Assembly: GCA_965644295.1 (NCBI GenBank)
Contig: CBFFRP010000119.1
Span: 186,001-250,000, forward strand
DNA: 64,000 nucleotides
Direction: 5' to 3'
Source of the DNA: Paraphysomonas bandaiensis
Lineage: Eukaryota; Protista; Chrysophyceae
The translations under genes were made by a program, and so were the position numbers. This document shows, piece by piece, positions 50,200 through 63,669 of this stretch. The first letter of the stretch is position 1. Each line of letters begins with the position of its first letter. The notes below the pieces were generated by a model. It saw nothing but the letters and a program-made list of their open reading frames with translations, was not told where the DNA came from and searched no databases.

Positions 50200-51130
50200 G
50201 TGGCCAATGACCGAGGTAATGCGTCAAACTTTCCTCATGGATGCATGGCAATGGCAATGATGTGCTTAGACCTGTCATGTCTTCTCACACGTCTACTGCC
50301 TAGTCTTGGTTTCTCCTGACCCAGGTCATTGAGATTATATCAAGGCTCTGGCACTGTTCTCCAAGCAGTGTCAGGTACATTTGTGGTGCTTTTATGTTAT
50401 TCTTGCTTAGTAGGTTTTCATCCGAGCGGGGAAGGTGCACGGTTTCCTACTAGTGTAAGTCACTCGGGAGAAGAGTGCAAGGTGGATGCATGTGCTGGAC
50501 GAGTGCACACAATGGAGGGAAGACATTGGAGTCGGCTTGAATTTGTAACAGATTTTGGTAGATGTCTGTTTCATGCGTCAGTGTGCAAAATTGCACCAGT
50601 GAGACCGCTTCGTGACCGTGGGAGGACCCGGCGCTATAGAGCTACTTTATTCTCCCTTCCAGACTACCTGCTGCTGTGAACACTACCTTGAAGAGGGCCC
50701 TAAAGATCTGCCGCATATACAGGAGACATATGCCGAAGACACCGACCGCAAGGTGTTTGTGTTAGGACAAGTAGATTGGGCAGGAGCGTATGATCCGGCT
50801 TAAACACGCAACTCGTCGTATGCCCATGTAGCTAACTAAATCGTGTTGTATAGTTGAGCACTTGTCGGTGCATGCAATAGTAACTAGATGAGAGTCATGT
50901 TATGCATAGTGTCGCGCGAGTTGTTAGGTTGGTCGCGGCAACGCACAAGCTTGCGCTTCTTAATAATCAGATTTTCAATTATCTTTTTCGAAATGCACCC
51001 AGGTATCTGCACCCAGGTAGAATTCATCCCCGGGTACTCACAAATTAATCATCAAATTGCACCCGGATATCATCCAGATGAAGCTGTTCTTCGCCGTCTG
51101 ATTCAAAAGTTTACTGACGATGTTTTCTAA
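50200..51130 (-). pseudogene. Possible decayed non-LTR reverse-transcriptase/thumb region
   Basis: GC-richer block with broken frames containing RYLG followed by LNYTTRFS..YDEL and PNLLVL..GVFGI. Motifs are weak. Confidence 0.3.
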
Positions 51131-51820
51131 GTAAGACAACAGTGCCCATTTCCTGGTATAGCAGTATAGCATAGAAGCAGTTGTTGCACAACTTCTCCAT
51201 ATATCCAAACTGCAAACAACCATACGATTATAATTAATACTGATAAAATTGCTGTGTACATAATTTCAAATTCTTCTATGCTAACAGATAACGGGTTTGT
51301 ACCGACGGTCAGTAGCTAGACAGCTTAAGATGCTATAACATTAAGCCGCCAATTAATAGGCAGTTATCACTTTTAAAACTAATTAAACTAATTGAAAATT
51401 CAATAAATTGTTTCGCAACCTGGTTATTATTACCGCTGATGTTTTAATTTCTGTAATGTTGACAATATTTAGAAACAAATCACAAATATTATCGTATGAT
51501 AGGCAACTCTTACCATCTGTTGATACCACAGACAGATGAAGAAATTCTAGTTGTTCTATTGCTTACTAGCCCTATAGCAATATCATAAATTGGTAATATC
51601 GAACACTTATCTACAAAAGAGGCTATAAGCGACATTATAACAAATGAAATCGGTTACACAAAGCTCCTGGTCTACGTGTGCAATCAAGGAACGAGGAAGG
51701 TGTAAATATAACTGTATAAAACCACAAAAACAACTAAGAGGTTGATGTAGAAAATAGTACAATACTGTGCAAGTCAATGGCAGGCACACTCGACGATGAA
51801 TAAGTGGAAATACTAGAAGG

Positions 51821-53003
51821 TTAGATAGAAAATGACGCCAATTGTGATCCAATGTGTTCCACCAACAATGTCATTTCATGCAGCTGACGAAATACACAAT
51901 GAAAATGAGAAATCCGCAGACAGTAACACCACTACTCACCGACATATGCTCATAGCTTGGTAAATGAGTAAAGAGCGCAGGCATCAGTGCGCCGCTGCGA
52001 ACTCGGAGTGACAGAGTCCTTATAGCATGCAGTGTACGGAATAAGGTCTCATTGCAGAAGAAGGTTCCTATGTCGATTTCTAATCAAAACACAGCGCGCA
52101 AAAAAAATGTTCTGCCCGTAAAACGGAATTGCATACCTGCGTCCCGGCTCCAAACCTCAAGTAAGTGTTTCCTTAGCCGTAATTTTAGTATTCCTGCAAC
52201 ATATTGGTCAGATAAGTCGTTAAATGATTCACAATAAGTACACCTGGAATATTCTGAGATCGTAGCACCTCACCAGCAGACTTACATCTTATCTTCCCGT
52301 GGCGTGGATCGGTACACTGAACATCTAAGGCGTAAACAAGAGCCTCTTCCAGTGATAAGCGGCCCATATCAGCCGTTGTTGGTAATTGACACTCTGCTCC
52401 CGGCACTGCAGGGGTACCTAAACATCATCAAAGGTATCCGTGACGGAGCAGTTTGATGTGAATACCTATGTTCTCATCCGCATCAGTATTGCTCAAACAA
52501 CTCTCCGATATTCCATGACTGTTCAGGCTTCCATCAGCCTGGTGGTTAATACCGAAAGTTTCAAGCTTCAATCCCTTCGCAGAATCCTCCAACCCTAAAT
52601 GAAGCACAGCGTCGTAATGAACCGAGTCTCCACGATGCAGCATATCTGCAACGGAGCTACTTCCAGTACTATTTACAGGTAAGACGAGTCCTTCAAAACA
52701 AACACGAATATATTTCGCATTTTCAGTATGATGAGACTTGAAGTCAGTGCATTTCCCGTGTATGGAGTCAGCGACATCACCGGAGGGGTTCTGATCATAT
52801 CCACTGAACGGCTCAAAGCCTGTTACAAGAACTCTGGTTTCCTTAAGTGGAAAAGAGGCTGACTGGAACTGCATAGGTGTATAAAATATGAATCCAATAC
52901 AGAAGAGTCCAAACAATCCGCACACTGCCATCTGAACAGTGTGTGGTCGCCTGTTGAGTTTAACAGCACCTGAGGAGATCTCCTCATACTTGGGTGCATT
53001 CAT
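51821..53003 (-). CDS. PGPEP1: Pyroglutamyl peptidase I (MEROPS C15) with an N-terminal transmembrane anchor, multi-exon
   Basis: RVLVTGFEPF..NPS, VLHLG..LKLETFGIN (Glu), SRDAGTFFCNE (Cys), FTHLP (His). Hydrophobic MAVCGLFGLFCIGFIFY lies upstream of the catalytic domain. Confidence 0.88.
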
Positions 53004-53498
53004 GCAGCCTTCAATCATAATTAGGATGTGAGTTGATACCAATTAAAGTGTTCTTGTTGAGATATGGTAAAGAGTGTGTTGGACATATATAGAGTATACA
53101 TTGTATGCACTGCTGTATACAAGATGGGCCTGAGTGTACTTTTTACAAAACTATACACTGAAAATCTGTCTGACCCAATAAGATACGCTCCTAAGTTAGA
53201 TGTGGTTCACCTCCACTCAGCTTCAACATCGCAGAAGTGAGTGTGTGCACCAGATTCACAAGTACAGCAGCACTACAGATACGATATATGGTATACCATA
53301 TGCGCTGACGGGAAGAGATGTGCGGACAGGTCGGTATCGTTTTTTCGCGTTTTCTCATTTGAAGTTGAGGGGGAAGTGACAAAACGAAGTCTATTTATGG
53401 TTGTATGGATAATTAATGAACGAGTAATGTATGAAATATCTCGCAGGATAGATATAGTAACCGCATTATAGTATCACATCACCCGCTTACATTGAAAC

Positions 53499-55769
53499 AT
53501 GGAACTGGCCATTAACTCCATGAAGAAATCATCATCCGTGGACGCAATCATGACGGATTCTATGCGTGAAGCTGCTCAGGAGGCCTCAATAGAAGATGGA
53601 GTAGCTAGTGGAGGGCCAGTTGCTTATAACAAACGAGAAATACGCAGAGGAAAATGGACACCAGAAGAAGAAGCTTACGCGAATCGGCTGATTGAAGAGT
53701 TTAAAGCGGGACTTTTACCGATCGCAGAGGGAACCACACTACGAACATTTTTATCGAAAGTTTTGCACTGTGATCCTATGAGAATAAGTAAGAAGTTTGT
53801 TGGAAGTAATTGTATTGGAAAGGTACACTTCGCCCGCTTTTTTGGGGGGTTGATTTGATTCCGTTTTTCGCAGCAAGTCTACCGGCAAAGACGACAAGAT
53901 ATTGATATGATATCTGAGGAGAAAATTGCGCGTAGCAGACGGGAGCTGAGGGAGCTTGAGAGAATGTATCTAGAGCGCTCTAAGCAGTCTAGCCATCAAA
54001 AGGCGTCTAAAAGTATAACTAGTTGGATTTTTCATTGTTTTTTTTAATTGCAGTTTTGCGCAGACAAAGGATCGAAATCCACTGACGCAGACAGTAAGCG
54101 CAAATCTGCGCAGAGTCCACCGAAGATTCCCTCAATGTATACTCAGGATCACCCGAGCTACTCGAGTGGGCAAATGGGCTATCCATCTATGCAGGAGTAC
54201 CCACAGTACCCTCCACCTTGGATGCCCGCGGATAGTCGTCAACATAAGCCGGCACAGTATATGGGAGGACCTCCTCCCTCAGCAATATATGGAGGCAACC
54301 CTCACGTTTTCACGGGGCAGCATTACAATTTGGCCCCTCCTCCTAGACCCAGTCAATATGGCGAATACTATATGCGTCACGTTTCTCAGCCCTCAGATCA
54401 CCAGCAGCCGCCATACCCGCCTCGAGACATGCGAATGTCTGGCGGAATGGGACAATACGGCCTTGCTCAGCACTATGCTTCCCAATCACGAAATCACCCT
54501 CCATTGCCTCCTCGTCAGGGACAGCATGACATGAGCCGTCCTGCGGATTATGCTCCCACAGGTGGTAATGGGGAAGGAAGAGGAGATACCTACCCTATGT
54601 ACAAATCATACCAGTCTTCCGGTCAGCTCTCTGCTTCAGATATTGACCTTTGCAACATGCTGCCTGACAGTTTTACGTCGACTTCCTCTCTTGATTTACT
54701 GGGCACACTTGCAGAGTTGAAACTTCCATCAGCAAAGAGTCTCGAAAATCTGCAGAATTACGGGATGGATATGGTACCCAGTGGAACGTCACTATCTGAA
54801 TGGTATGCTTTGCTACCGTCAGATAACCCATCAGCAGAACAGGATCGGCAAAATTCAACGGGTCATCAGCAGCATGGAGAACAAAGTGGTAAGGGTGGTA
54901 GTACTGGATCTACTCAGGATGGCGATTCCACAAGAGGATTCACCCAGAGCGGTCCCAATTCTAGTCATTCCCCGTCGTCCACCCATATTTCTGATAGTGG
55001 TGACAAGGCTGGGGCAGGCTCCCTCAAACATTCTCTGTCTAAAGAGCTAATTGCGGCAGCCGCAGCCGCTGAGGCCCAAGACAAAGTTCCTAGCAACGGT
55101 ACACACTCGCAACAACTAGGCGCTGAAGAGGGCAAAGACTCTCGAATCGGAAGTCCATCGACGTCAGATGCACCAGCAGCTGCAGTGAACGTATTCAGTC
55201 TTCCCCGCTCACGTCAGGTTTCTGGTTTCTCTGATACAGAGTCAAGAACATCTTCTATCAATAACTTCATGTAAGTAGCATATCTTGCATACCATTATGC
55301 ACTATTCGACATTTGTTGTTCCATGGATCTTTTTGTTATGGATTAATGCAGGATGCTAGTCGATACGGGCGCTATTCCTCGACCCGATCCCAAGGACTTG
55401 ATGTCTAGCATAGGAGTTTCATCCTCAAAAATTCCTGTGGACCAGCATGGCAGTCCGGATATATCTATCGCCCCTCCACTGTCATCCGTTGACGCGGACA
55501 ATGCAACCGACACCAAAGGAACTGTCGAAGTGAAGGAGACTGTCGCGCCAGTACATTCTCCGTCAAATCCTACCTCTGAGGCCCCCCAAGAAAGGGTCAC
55601 TATAGGCAGGACAGACTCTCAAGTCGGACTAAGTACGGATGAAACCCGCACTACATCACATGAACCTTCTCCCAATTCCGAAAGCACGAAGAAACGAAAG
55701 ATAGAAGAAGTAGATGGCCTTCCAGAGGTAGTGACCGCTGCTGTGCGGAGACCCTTCACATGCATGTGA
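53499..55769 (+). CDS. Putative transcription factor with a stramenopile-type Myb-like domain and a long low-complexity tail, 4 exons
   Basis: RRGKWTPEEEAYANRLIEEFKAGLLPIAEGTTLRTFLSKVLHCDPMRISKKFVGSNCIGK; P/Q/Y-rich region; NLS-like KKRK near the C-terminus. Confidence 0.8.
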
Positions 55770-57054
55770 TGTTGTGGTTTGTCTCGCGGCACACTCAATT
55801 CGATTTTAATTACACTCTGTTCGCTGATGCATTATACGAATTAATTCTGCATAGCTGTGTTGTATGGATGTGATTTATGATAGCATGTTAACAATGTGTA
55901 AAGAATAATAGAGCTGATGAATAGTACTTTCATGTACATATATCGGACTGTAGTACCCTTTGTAAAGCGTGAATGCTATCAAACTGACATTTGCTTGTCA
56001 TTGTAGTTTAGAAATTGTAGAGTTATCGGTACAAGTGGAGCTGAAAGAAGTGCTTTACTTAGAAGTAGTATTGTAATGGTCAGTATAACGTCACACCATT
56101 TCTGAAAGCCATGCTCAGACGACATGACGAAAAAAAATACAACCTTCAAGTTAAATAATATACTACAGGTTTGCTGTTTCTATAATAAATTGGGGTCAAA
56201 CCTACATTTTTCTCAAGAAGAAAACAAACTAAACAACAGCACTAATCTCTAACCTACGCCCTGTAACCTACTAACTGATATAAGCAGCTTTTCATATCAT
56301 AAGTGAGTAGGAGTCTACTGTTAGTATTGAAGGACAAGTGTGTAAATCTATTTTATGCAACATCAGTACAGTAGCTAATTCCTTTTCCTCCAAAGAACAT
56401 CTGTAGAAATGACCTCCTATACGACCATTCTAAGATTGTTCTAATATCTGTATTTTTCAGACATTCACGATCGCATAAATAAGCATAATCTAGTATGAAA
56501 ACCCTATGAAGTAGGGAACTATCGCATATTATGCATTTCCCCATGCCTATCATGTGCTATAATTCACCTCTACAGAATATTCAAATAATTTTCTAGTATA
56601 ATGTATATAGATGTAAGAAATGCATTATTTTGTCTTCATTTACACGTACATGGTATAGTTGTTGCTTTGAGCTTATTGCATGTCAGATTTAGTCTATATA
56701 ACATAAGGAGAGTTCTAACTTTTTAACAAACTCACACCACCAGTATCAAACTAAAAATATACGTACACAAAAATGATGAAAATAAATGAAAATCCTTTCA
56801 ATTTTCCATTTCTTTCAACAACCATTCCGTTACGCTTGATATTTTGCCCTTGCAGTAAATAGAACTTACAGTACATTACATTTCTCTGTAAGCAGCATAT
56901 ATATGGCTAGTATAGTAGAATGTAATGCACTTGGAGCCGTGTTTACTAAGAGCAATATATATATGTCGTGAAGTGCTAGAGAATAGTTGAAAGAAAAGGA
57001 TATTTGAAAAATTGTTTATTGATTATCACCATTATTTCATTCTATTATATATAG

Positions 57055-57548
57055 GTGACCGCACAAATACATCTTACTGTGAAACCAGCGTGCCTATGGA
57101 AGTATTCGACACTTGCAGATACTATCGAGAATTACTCAACCATGAAAGAAAAGATAGAAGTAAAGCTCGAAAGTCTGCTGTCGAATATAAGGTGCACGGC
57201 ATTCACCAACTATTGCTGTGTGGTAATTATTCTGTGCATTGATCTAGGAGTATCAAGAACTGCAGTCTGAGGATCATTATGGAACTGTGTTTCAATTAGA
57301 AAAAAGGAAATACGATCATCATCAGTGTTCGAGGTAAGAAATATTTAATATATATTTATAAATTTCATGTTTTTTATAAATTCTTTTGATCCCTCAGTCT
57401 GGAGAATCCACTGGAAGGGCAGTATTGCACAGGGCCTGGTAACCATTAATGGTAATACCATCATAATTGCCGGGAGCTAGACTACCATTAATGGGCCATT
57501 AGTGGTAATCACGCCCTGGTATTGCATACTTACAGACTAAATCTTGTA
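57055..57548 (+). pseudogene. Partial DNA-level duplicate of SKA1 with deletions, a frameshift and a MITE insertion
   Basis: Aligns to 59447-60000 and retains introns 2 and 3. Confidence 0.93.
57430..57518. mobile_element. 89-bp hAT MITE (family B)
   Basis: CAGGGCCTGGTAACCATTAATGG / CCATTAGTGGTAATCACGCCCTG; 8-bp TSD GTATTGCA (57422-57429 / 57519-57526); single GTATTGCA at the parental site 59959-59966. Confidence 0.95.
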
Positions 57549-57817
57549 ATCTAATCGTCCGTAGTACAGTGTACTGTTACCTGTTAACTTGCTTGTACGT
57601 AATTATTTAACGATATGGTAGATGGTGTGCTATTTCTATATGATACTACCATCATTTCATCGATTGCATTACATGTGATTACGCGATTACTAATTAGTTA
57701 GAAAGTGAACTGACCACTTGATTAAGTAAAAATTGATATCATTAACATACATGTATCATACACCACAAGAAAAAGATTGCTGCTTCTATGCTCTGCACTT
57801 GGTAATAAGCATTAAGC

Positions 57818-58704
<887 letters not shown>

Positions 58705-59127
58705 TATATCTGAACACTGCAAACACCCTCATTAGGGGATGATAAGTACATGGGGAGGGAGGAAGAATCTACCTGATATGTGATGTCTCTCTTAATCTCT
58801 TGCGATGGTTATATATGTGCTCTATGCGGGTGTGAATATCTAGAGCTGCTGGGCTGCGTGCAGATGCGTGCCTTTGTGCGCAGTATTCTTCACACATGTA
58901 TGTGTACATGATCGTTTCTAGTTTAAACATTTGAATTTATTTTTTTGAAAGGGAGCGTATCTTTAAGAGATATATATTTCAGTTTGTTTTGTTAGGATAA
59001 CTAGCCGTTGTGAGATAAGAAATACTCATAGGCGCAGTAACCAAATGACAAGACAAGTTCAGATAATTGCTTCATTACCTGAAGGGGCAGTTAGCACTGT
59101 CTTGTAATAGCATAGTTAGCATTAATC

Positions 59128-60057
59128 ATGAGCGAACAGCTTGTAAATGACTTTAAAAGAATGGTATCAGTGATTGAGAACGAAACTCAAGCATTGAAAT
59201 TTTTGTCAAGTATGCGAGGGGCAGCTCACAGCCGCTGCCCTGATGACATCAAGGCAAAACTAAAAGAAATTGAGGGTGTCGTATCCAGTCTTGAGAATAA
59301 TTTGGGCGACTTAGATGAATTTTTGGATACTGAGCTTCAGTCTATAAGTAGGCTTCAAGAACTGGAAGAAGTCGGCAATGAACAACACAAAGATATTATG
59401 GAAGTTAAAAAGAATATTCCCAGTTTTTTTAAGCCATCTGTGTTGAGTGACCGTACGAATACGTCGTACTGCGCAACCAGCGTGCCTATGGACGAATTCG
59501 ATGACAGTATTATAGAGAAGGCGGAGTTCGAAGCTGTGCCGAAGAGTACTCGCAGTCGATTGACACTTGCAGATACTATCCAGCATTACGCAACCATAAG
59601 AAAGCTTTATGAGAGAAAAGAAGAGGTAAAGAAGAAGATGTTACTCAATATTATCACATTGCTTTTGCGGTTAGACTGTTGCGTCTTGGAAAGATAGAAG
59701 TAAAGCTCGAAAGTCTGCTGTCGAATACAAGGTACACGGCATTCACCAACTATTGCTGTGTGGTAATCATTCTGTGCATTGATCTAGGAGTATCAAGAAC
59801 TGCAGTCTGAGGATCATTATGGAACTGTGTTTCTATTAGAAAAGGAAATACGATCGTCATCAGTGTTCGAGGTAAGAAATATTTAATATATATTTATAGT
59901 TTCATGTTTTTTATAAATTCTATTGAACTCTCAGTCTGGAGAATCCACTGGAAGGGCAGTATTGCATACTTTACGATCTCTTCACAGACTGAAGCTGGTA
60001 CGGGCCAATGGTGAGAGTACTTACATTCTTGTGAAGAATATTCCTAAGTCGACATAG
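59128..60057 (+). CDS. SKA1: Spindle and kinetochore-associated protein 1, 4 exons
   Basis: N-terminal coiled coil; EFEAVPKSTRSRLTL; spliced C-terminus FLLEKEIR..TGRAVLHTLRSLHRLKLVRANGESTYIL matches the SKA1 microtubule-binding domain. Confidence 0.8.
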
Positions 60058-60834
60058 TTGCAGTTTTCTGGCTTTGAATGTAATACGTTTATGTAATTGC
60101 TATTTTGTTTATATTAATATATTTTCGATTTCTGTAGGATGCTGTATTGCAAATTTGTTTATTGGTCACAGAAATTGTTATTGTTTTTTTCTCTCATTCA
60201 GTGCTTTTACTAGGTTACTGTTTACTTGGTCATCTTATTGCATAGAATTTTTAAGAACGTATATGCATATCCAACTTTGTAACACTTACTTCTATTCACA
60301 CTTAGTTAGACAGTTAGAACTATTATTATGTGTTATATATATAACAAGATTATCATAGCTACATCATATGATAATAACCACTGCAGTGATCACCAAACCC
60401 ACCTCCGCTTAATGGATACTAACATTCGATAAAGAATTATATCTGCTATAATCTCATTACCAGTTAATTAATCCAGTTAAATCCGGGTTAATTAATTAAT
60501 AGTAAACATGTTATTCATATAACAGCTAAGAAGCATTACCACTGCCTGCTGTCACTGTGTAGAATATATCGCAATGTCAGCATATAGTTTCTTTCTTTAG
60601 CCTACGACAGGTGATTTGCTCAGCGTTATATTCTAATGACTTATACAGCTGACATTCTCTTCATAACAAGTTAAATTACTTTATATCACACGATATGTAG
60701 TTGAGCAGTTTCGTTTGAAGCAAAACTAAAAATAAAGACACATACAAAGGTGAAAATGTGTACGCGACCATCGCTCACAATAACTAGAAGTGTTAGAAAA
60801 TGGGATTATTAGTTACACAAGGGTGGCATTGTGA

Positions 60835-61326
60835 TTAAGCACGGGCGGCGTTGTTACCGTTGACAACGGAGATTCCAGGCAGATCCTTGAAATCCATAGC
60901 CTCAAGCATATCACGAGTATCGCTGTCAATAATAATGATGTCCTGCTCAATTGCGGATTTCTAGGAAAATAAATAAATTACACACAACACATAAAGCAGG
61001 TAGAAAACAAACCTCCGGAACAAAGTCGAGACGTCTCTCTCTCTCTTCCTCCTGCAACTTAAGGGAGATACCTCTGACGGGGCCTCTCTGGATTCGCTTC
61101 ATGAGGTGAGTAATAAAACCAGCAATCTTATTTCTCATTCTCTTGGAAGGAACGACGGCGACCTCGCCAACAACTCTCTTATTGACATGGAAATCAAGGG
61201 TGAGACGAGAATAGTATTTCTCAATGATCACCCTCGATGACTTTTTAACAGTCTTTGTTCGCACACCCTACAAGCACCTGATATCAGACATAGACACAAT
61301 CACTTCTCAAACTGAGACATTACCAT
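60835..61326 (-). CDS. RPS17: 40S ribosomal protein eS17, 3 exons (first exon is ATG only)
   Basis: [70 protein letters not shown]. Confidence 0.97.
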
Positions 61327-61741
61327 TGCAATAGATTAATTAATACCACTTGTGTATTGTGTTACTCAGTCAGCCCCAGCGTTGAGTGTTTATATTCACT
61401 CAGCCGAACCTGTCAGTGGTGAGCCGCATGTATATCGTATCTTGAAACGATTTCAGTTTTCTACTGAGGCGAAAAACAGTGGTGGAGATGGTACACAGTT
61501 TACTCTGCTATCTGAAAAAGGTACATTTGTTGGAAAGTACATACTTTGTACATGACTTTTATTATAAATACCCTATTTTTGATATAGGAAAGCCCATACA
61601 GCTGGAAGTACGTGTGATACACTGCGAGCGAAATGCATCATGATATCCATCATTACGATTGTACGACCAGACAGTGCCCCTCATTTCAATTAGTTAGAAT
61701 TCCAGCCTTCCCCACACAAGTACATCTATCTATCTAATAAA

Positions 61742-63223
61742 ATGGCGTCCATTGAGATGGATGGATTGGGTGTAAGTACATATGATACTTGGAGAAGTAT
61801 CTGGAGCACAGGTGCGGATGACTGGGCTCGAGGGCAAATAACGAACTATCAGCTTCCCGTGTCATGGTCCAGAGTTGATTACTTTCCGTATGGATGTGCA
61901 GTCTGTCGGCGTTCTGTTATTTGCGGAAGTGATATTTTGAAGTGCTCAAAGTGCAAGAGAGTGTCGTACTGCAGTCGCGAGCACCAAAAAATGTGATTTG
62001 TTAAAGTATTTTGATATTTCTCCATCATTTTTTTACTTTTTAGGGATTGGAAACGACATAAGAGGACATGCTGTTCGATTTCTAGCGTACCACTTAATTC
62101 AGAACCGCTTCCGTCGAAGGAGGCCTGGATTAGCTATTTACGAACCGCTGCTAGAACTCTGGTACCACGACTTACTGATAATATATATGTTTGGAACCAT
62201 CAACCACACTGCCAGATATGCTATGTACAAACCAATCTTTCACCTTGCTCTAAATGTGGCGGGGCGGCGTGCTGTATTAATCCCGCCTGTGGGCAAGCCT
62301 TCGCTGTTGCACACTCAAAAGAGGCATGCGAGCTGCACTGCGTCCGTATTGCGACCTATGTTATGGCACTGCAGCAACAGGACTGGCTCCGAGTGTCCTG
62401 TCGGACCCGCTGTGATGCAGTAACCCCTCCGTTATCCTTTCCGAAAGATTGGGGAGAATACTTCAAAAATAAAATGCACGACTACGAAGTGCCGTATCAG
62501 CTGATGCAGCTACCCCCTGTTGTCGCCGCACTCACTGATGGCATGTCGAGTATAATGATGAGCTTACATGCTCTAAAGATTCTTAAATTAGACTCTCGAG
62601 ATAATATGAAAGCACCCAGGGGACGATATGTGTTATCTCTACATTTCGTTGGTGCGGAAATGTACGATATGCTAGGATTTGATGGGGCACTAGAAGAGAT
62701 TTTGCACTGGGTTTCCGACTGCAATGTTTTAGACGTGACATTAGTAGGTCCAGATTTGCCAGTATCACCGGGAGAGGAAGGCAGTCGTATCAGGGTGTGC
62801 CAAAATATGTGTGAGGGATGTACCAGAAAGGGTTGCGAGGTGTATGTCACTTGCTTAAGACAACTATATCACACAGCTTTAGAAACTGGCGCTTGTACAC
62901 CTCCATCATTAGCAATATGCCCTAACTCTGGCATACATGAGAAACCCGCTTTGGCTGCATCATGGGCTCCCACACTAGTGCAGCTCTATGAGCGTGGAGT
63001 TCCTACAGTATTCACGTCTTATGCTGAAGATGAAATCAACGATGATTTTTCCCAAATAAAGAATGTGTGTGGCGTGGAAACTCATTCGTGCTTCCCAATC
63101 AAACCGGCTCGTAGCCCTTTTCGAGGTTTGCTGCCGATGCCAGATACGTACTGTGATAACGAATTCTACTATAGTAGCAATTACTACTTTGTTATGCATA
63201 ACAAGAATAGCTCTTCAAATTAA
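61742..63223 (+). CDS. MYND zinc-finger protein with MSS51/ZMYND15-like C-terminal domain, 2 exons
   Basis: CAVC..CSKCKRVSYCSREHQK|DWKRHKRTC, a second Cys cluster, then LHFVGAE..LVGPD..YH..PNSGIH..SW.PTL..VFTSY..E..SPFRG. Confidence 0.85.
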
Positions 63224-63669
63224 GGCATCCAAGGGAATATTAATAGAGCACGGCCACTAGTATATATAAATGAGTCTAATGAAAAATTCATGCTTATATC
63301 TCGATCAGTAAGTGGATTCCTGTACCCTGTACCTGCTAGATATAATCTTAGGAAAATGATGTGCTTGTTGAGAAACGCTCATTTTACACTAGATCACAGA
63401 GAGAATTTGTCGTAAGACTAGATAGATTTATTAATATCGTTTACACGAAGTTGTGATAACCAACACTAACTCATTATAATCCCTGCATAATATCCTACAT
63501 ATGCGAACCTCTCGTTACTGAACATATCTTGAACGATCAAACTATTTCAGTTTCTCAATATCATCACAGCATTTGTACATCACTATATTTCACTGTATTC
63601 TCGTACATTGTCTTGAAGTGACATACTGAATATACTAGAATAAGATCCATATTCTAATACTCCCACTCA

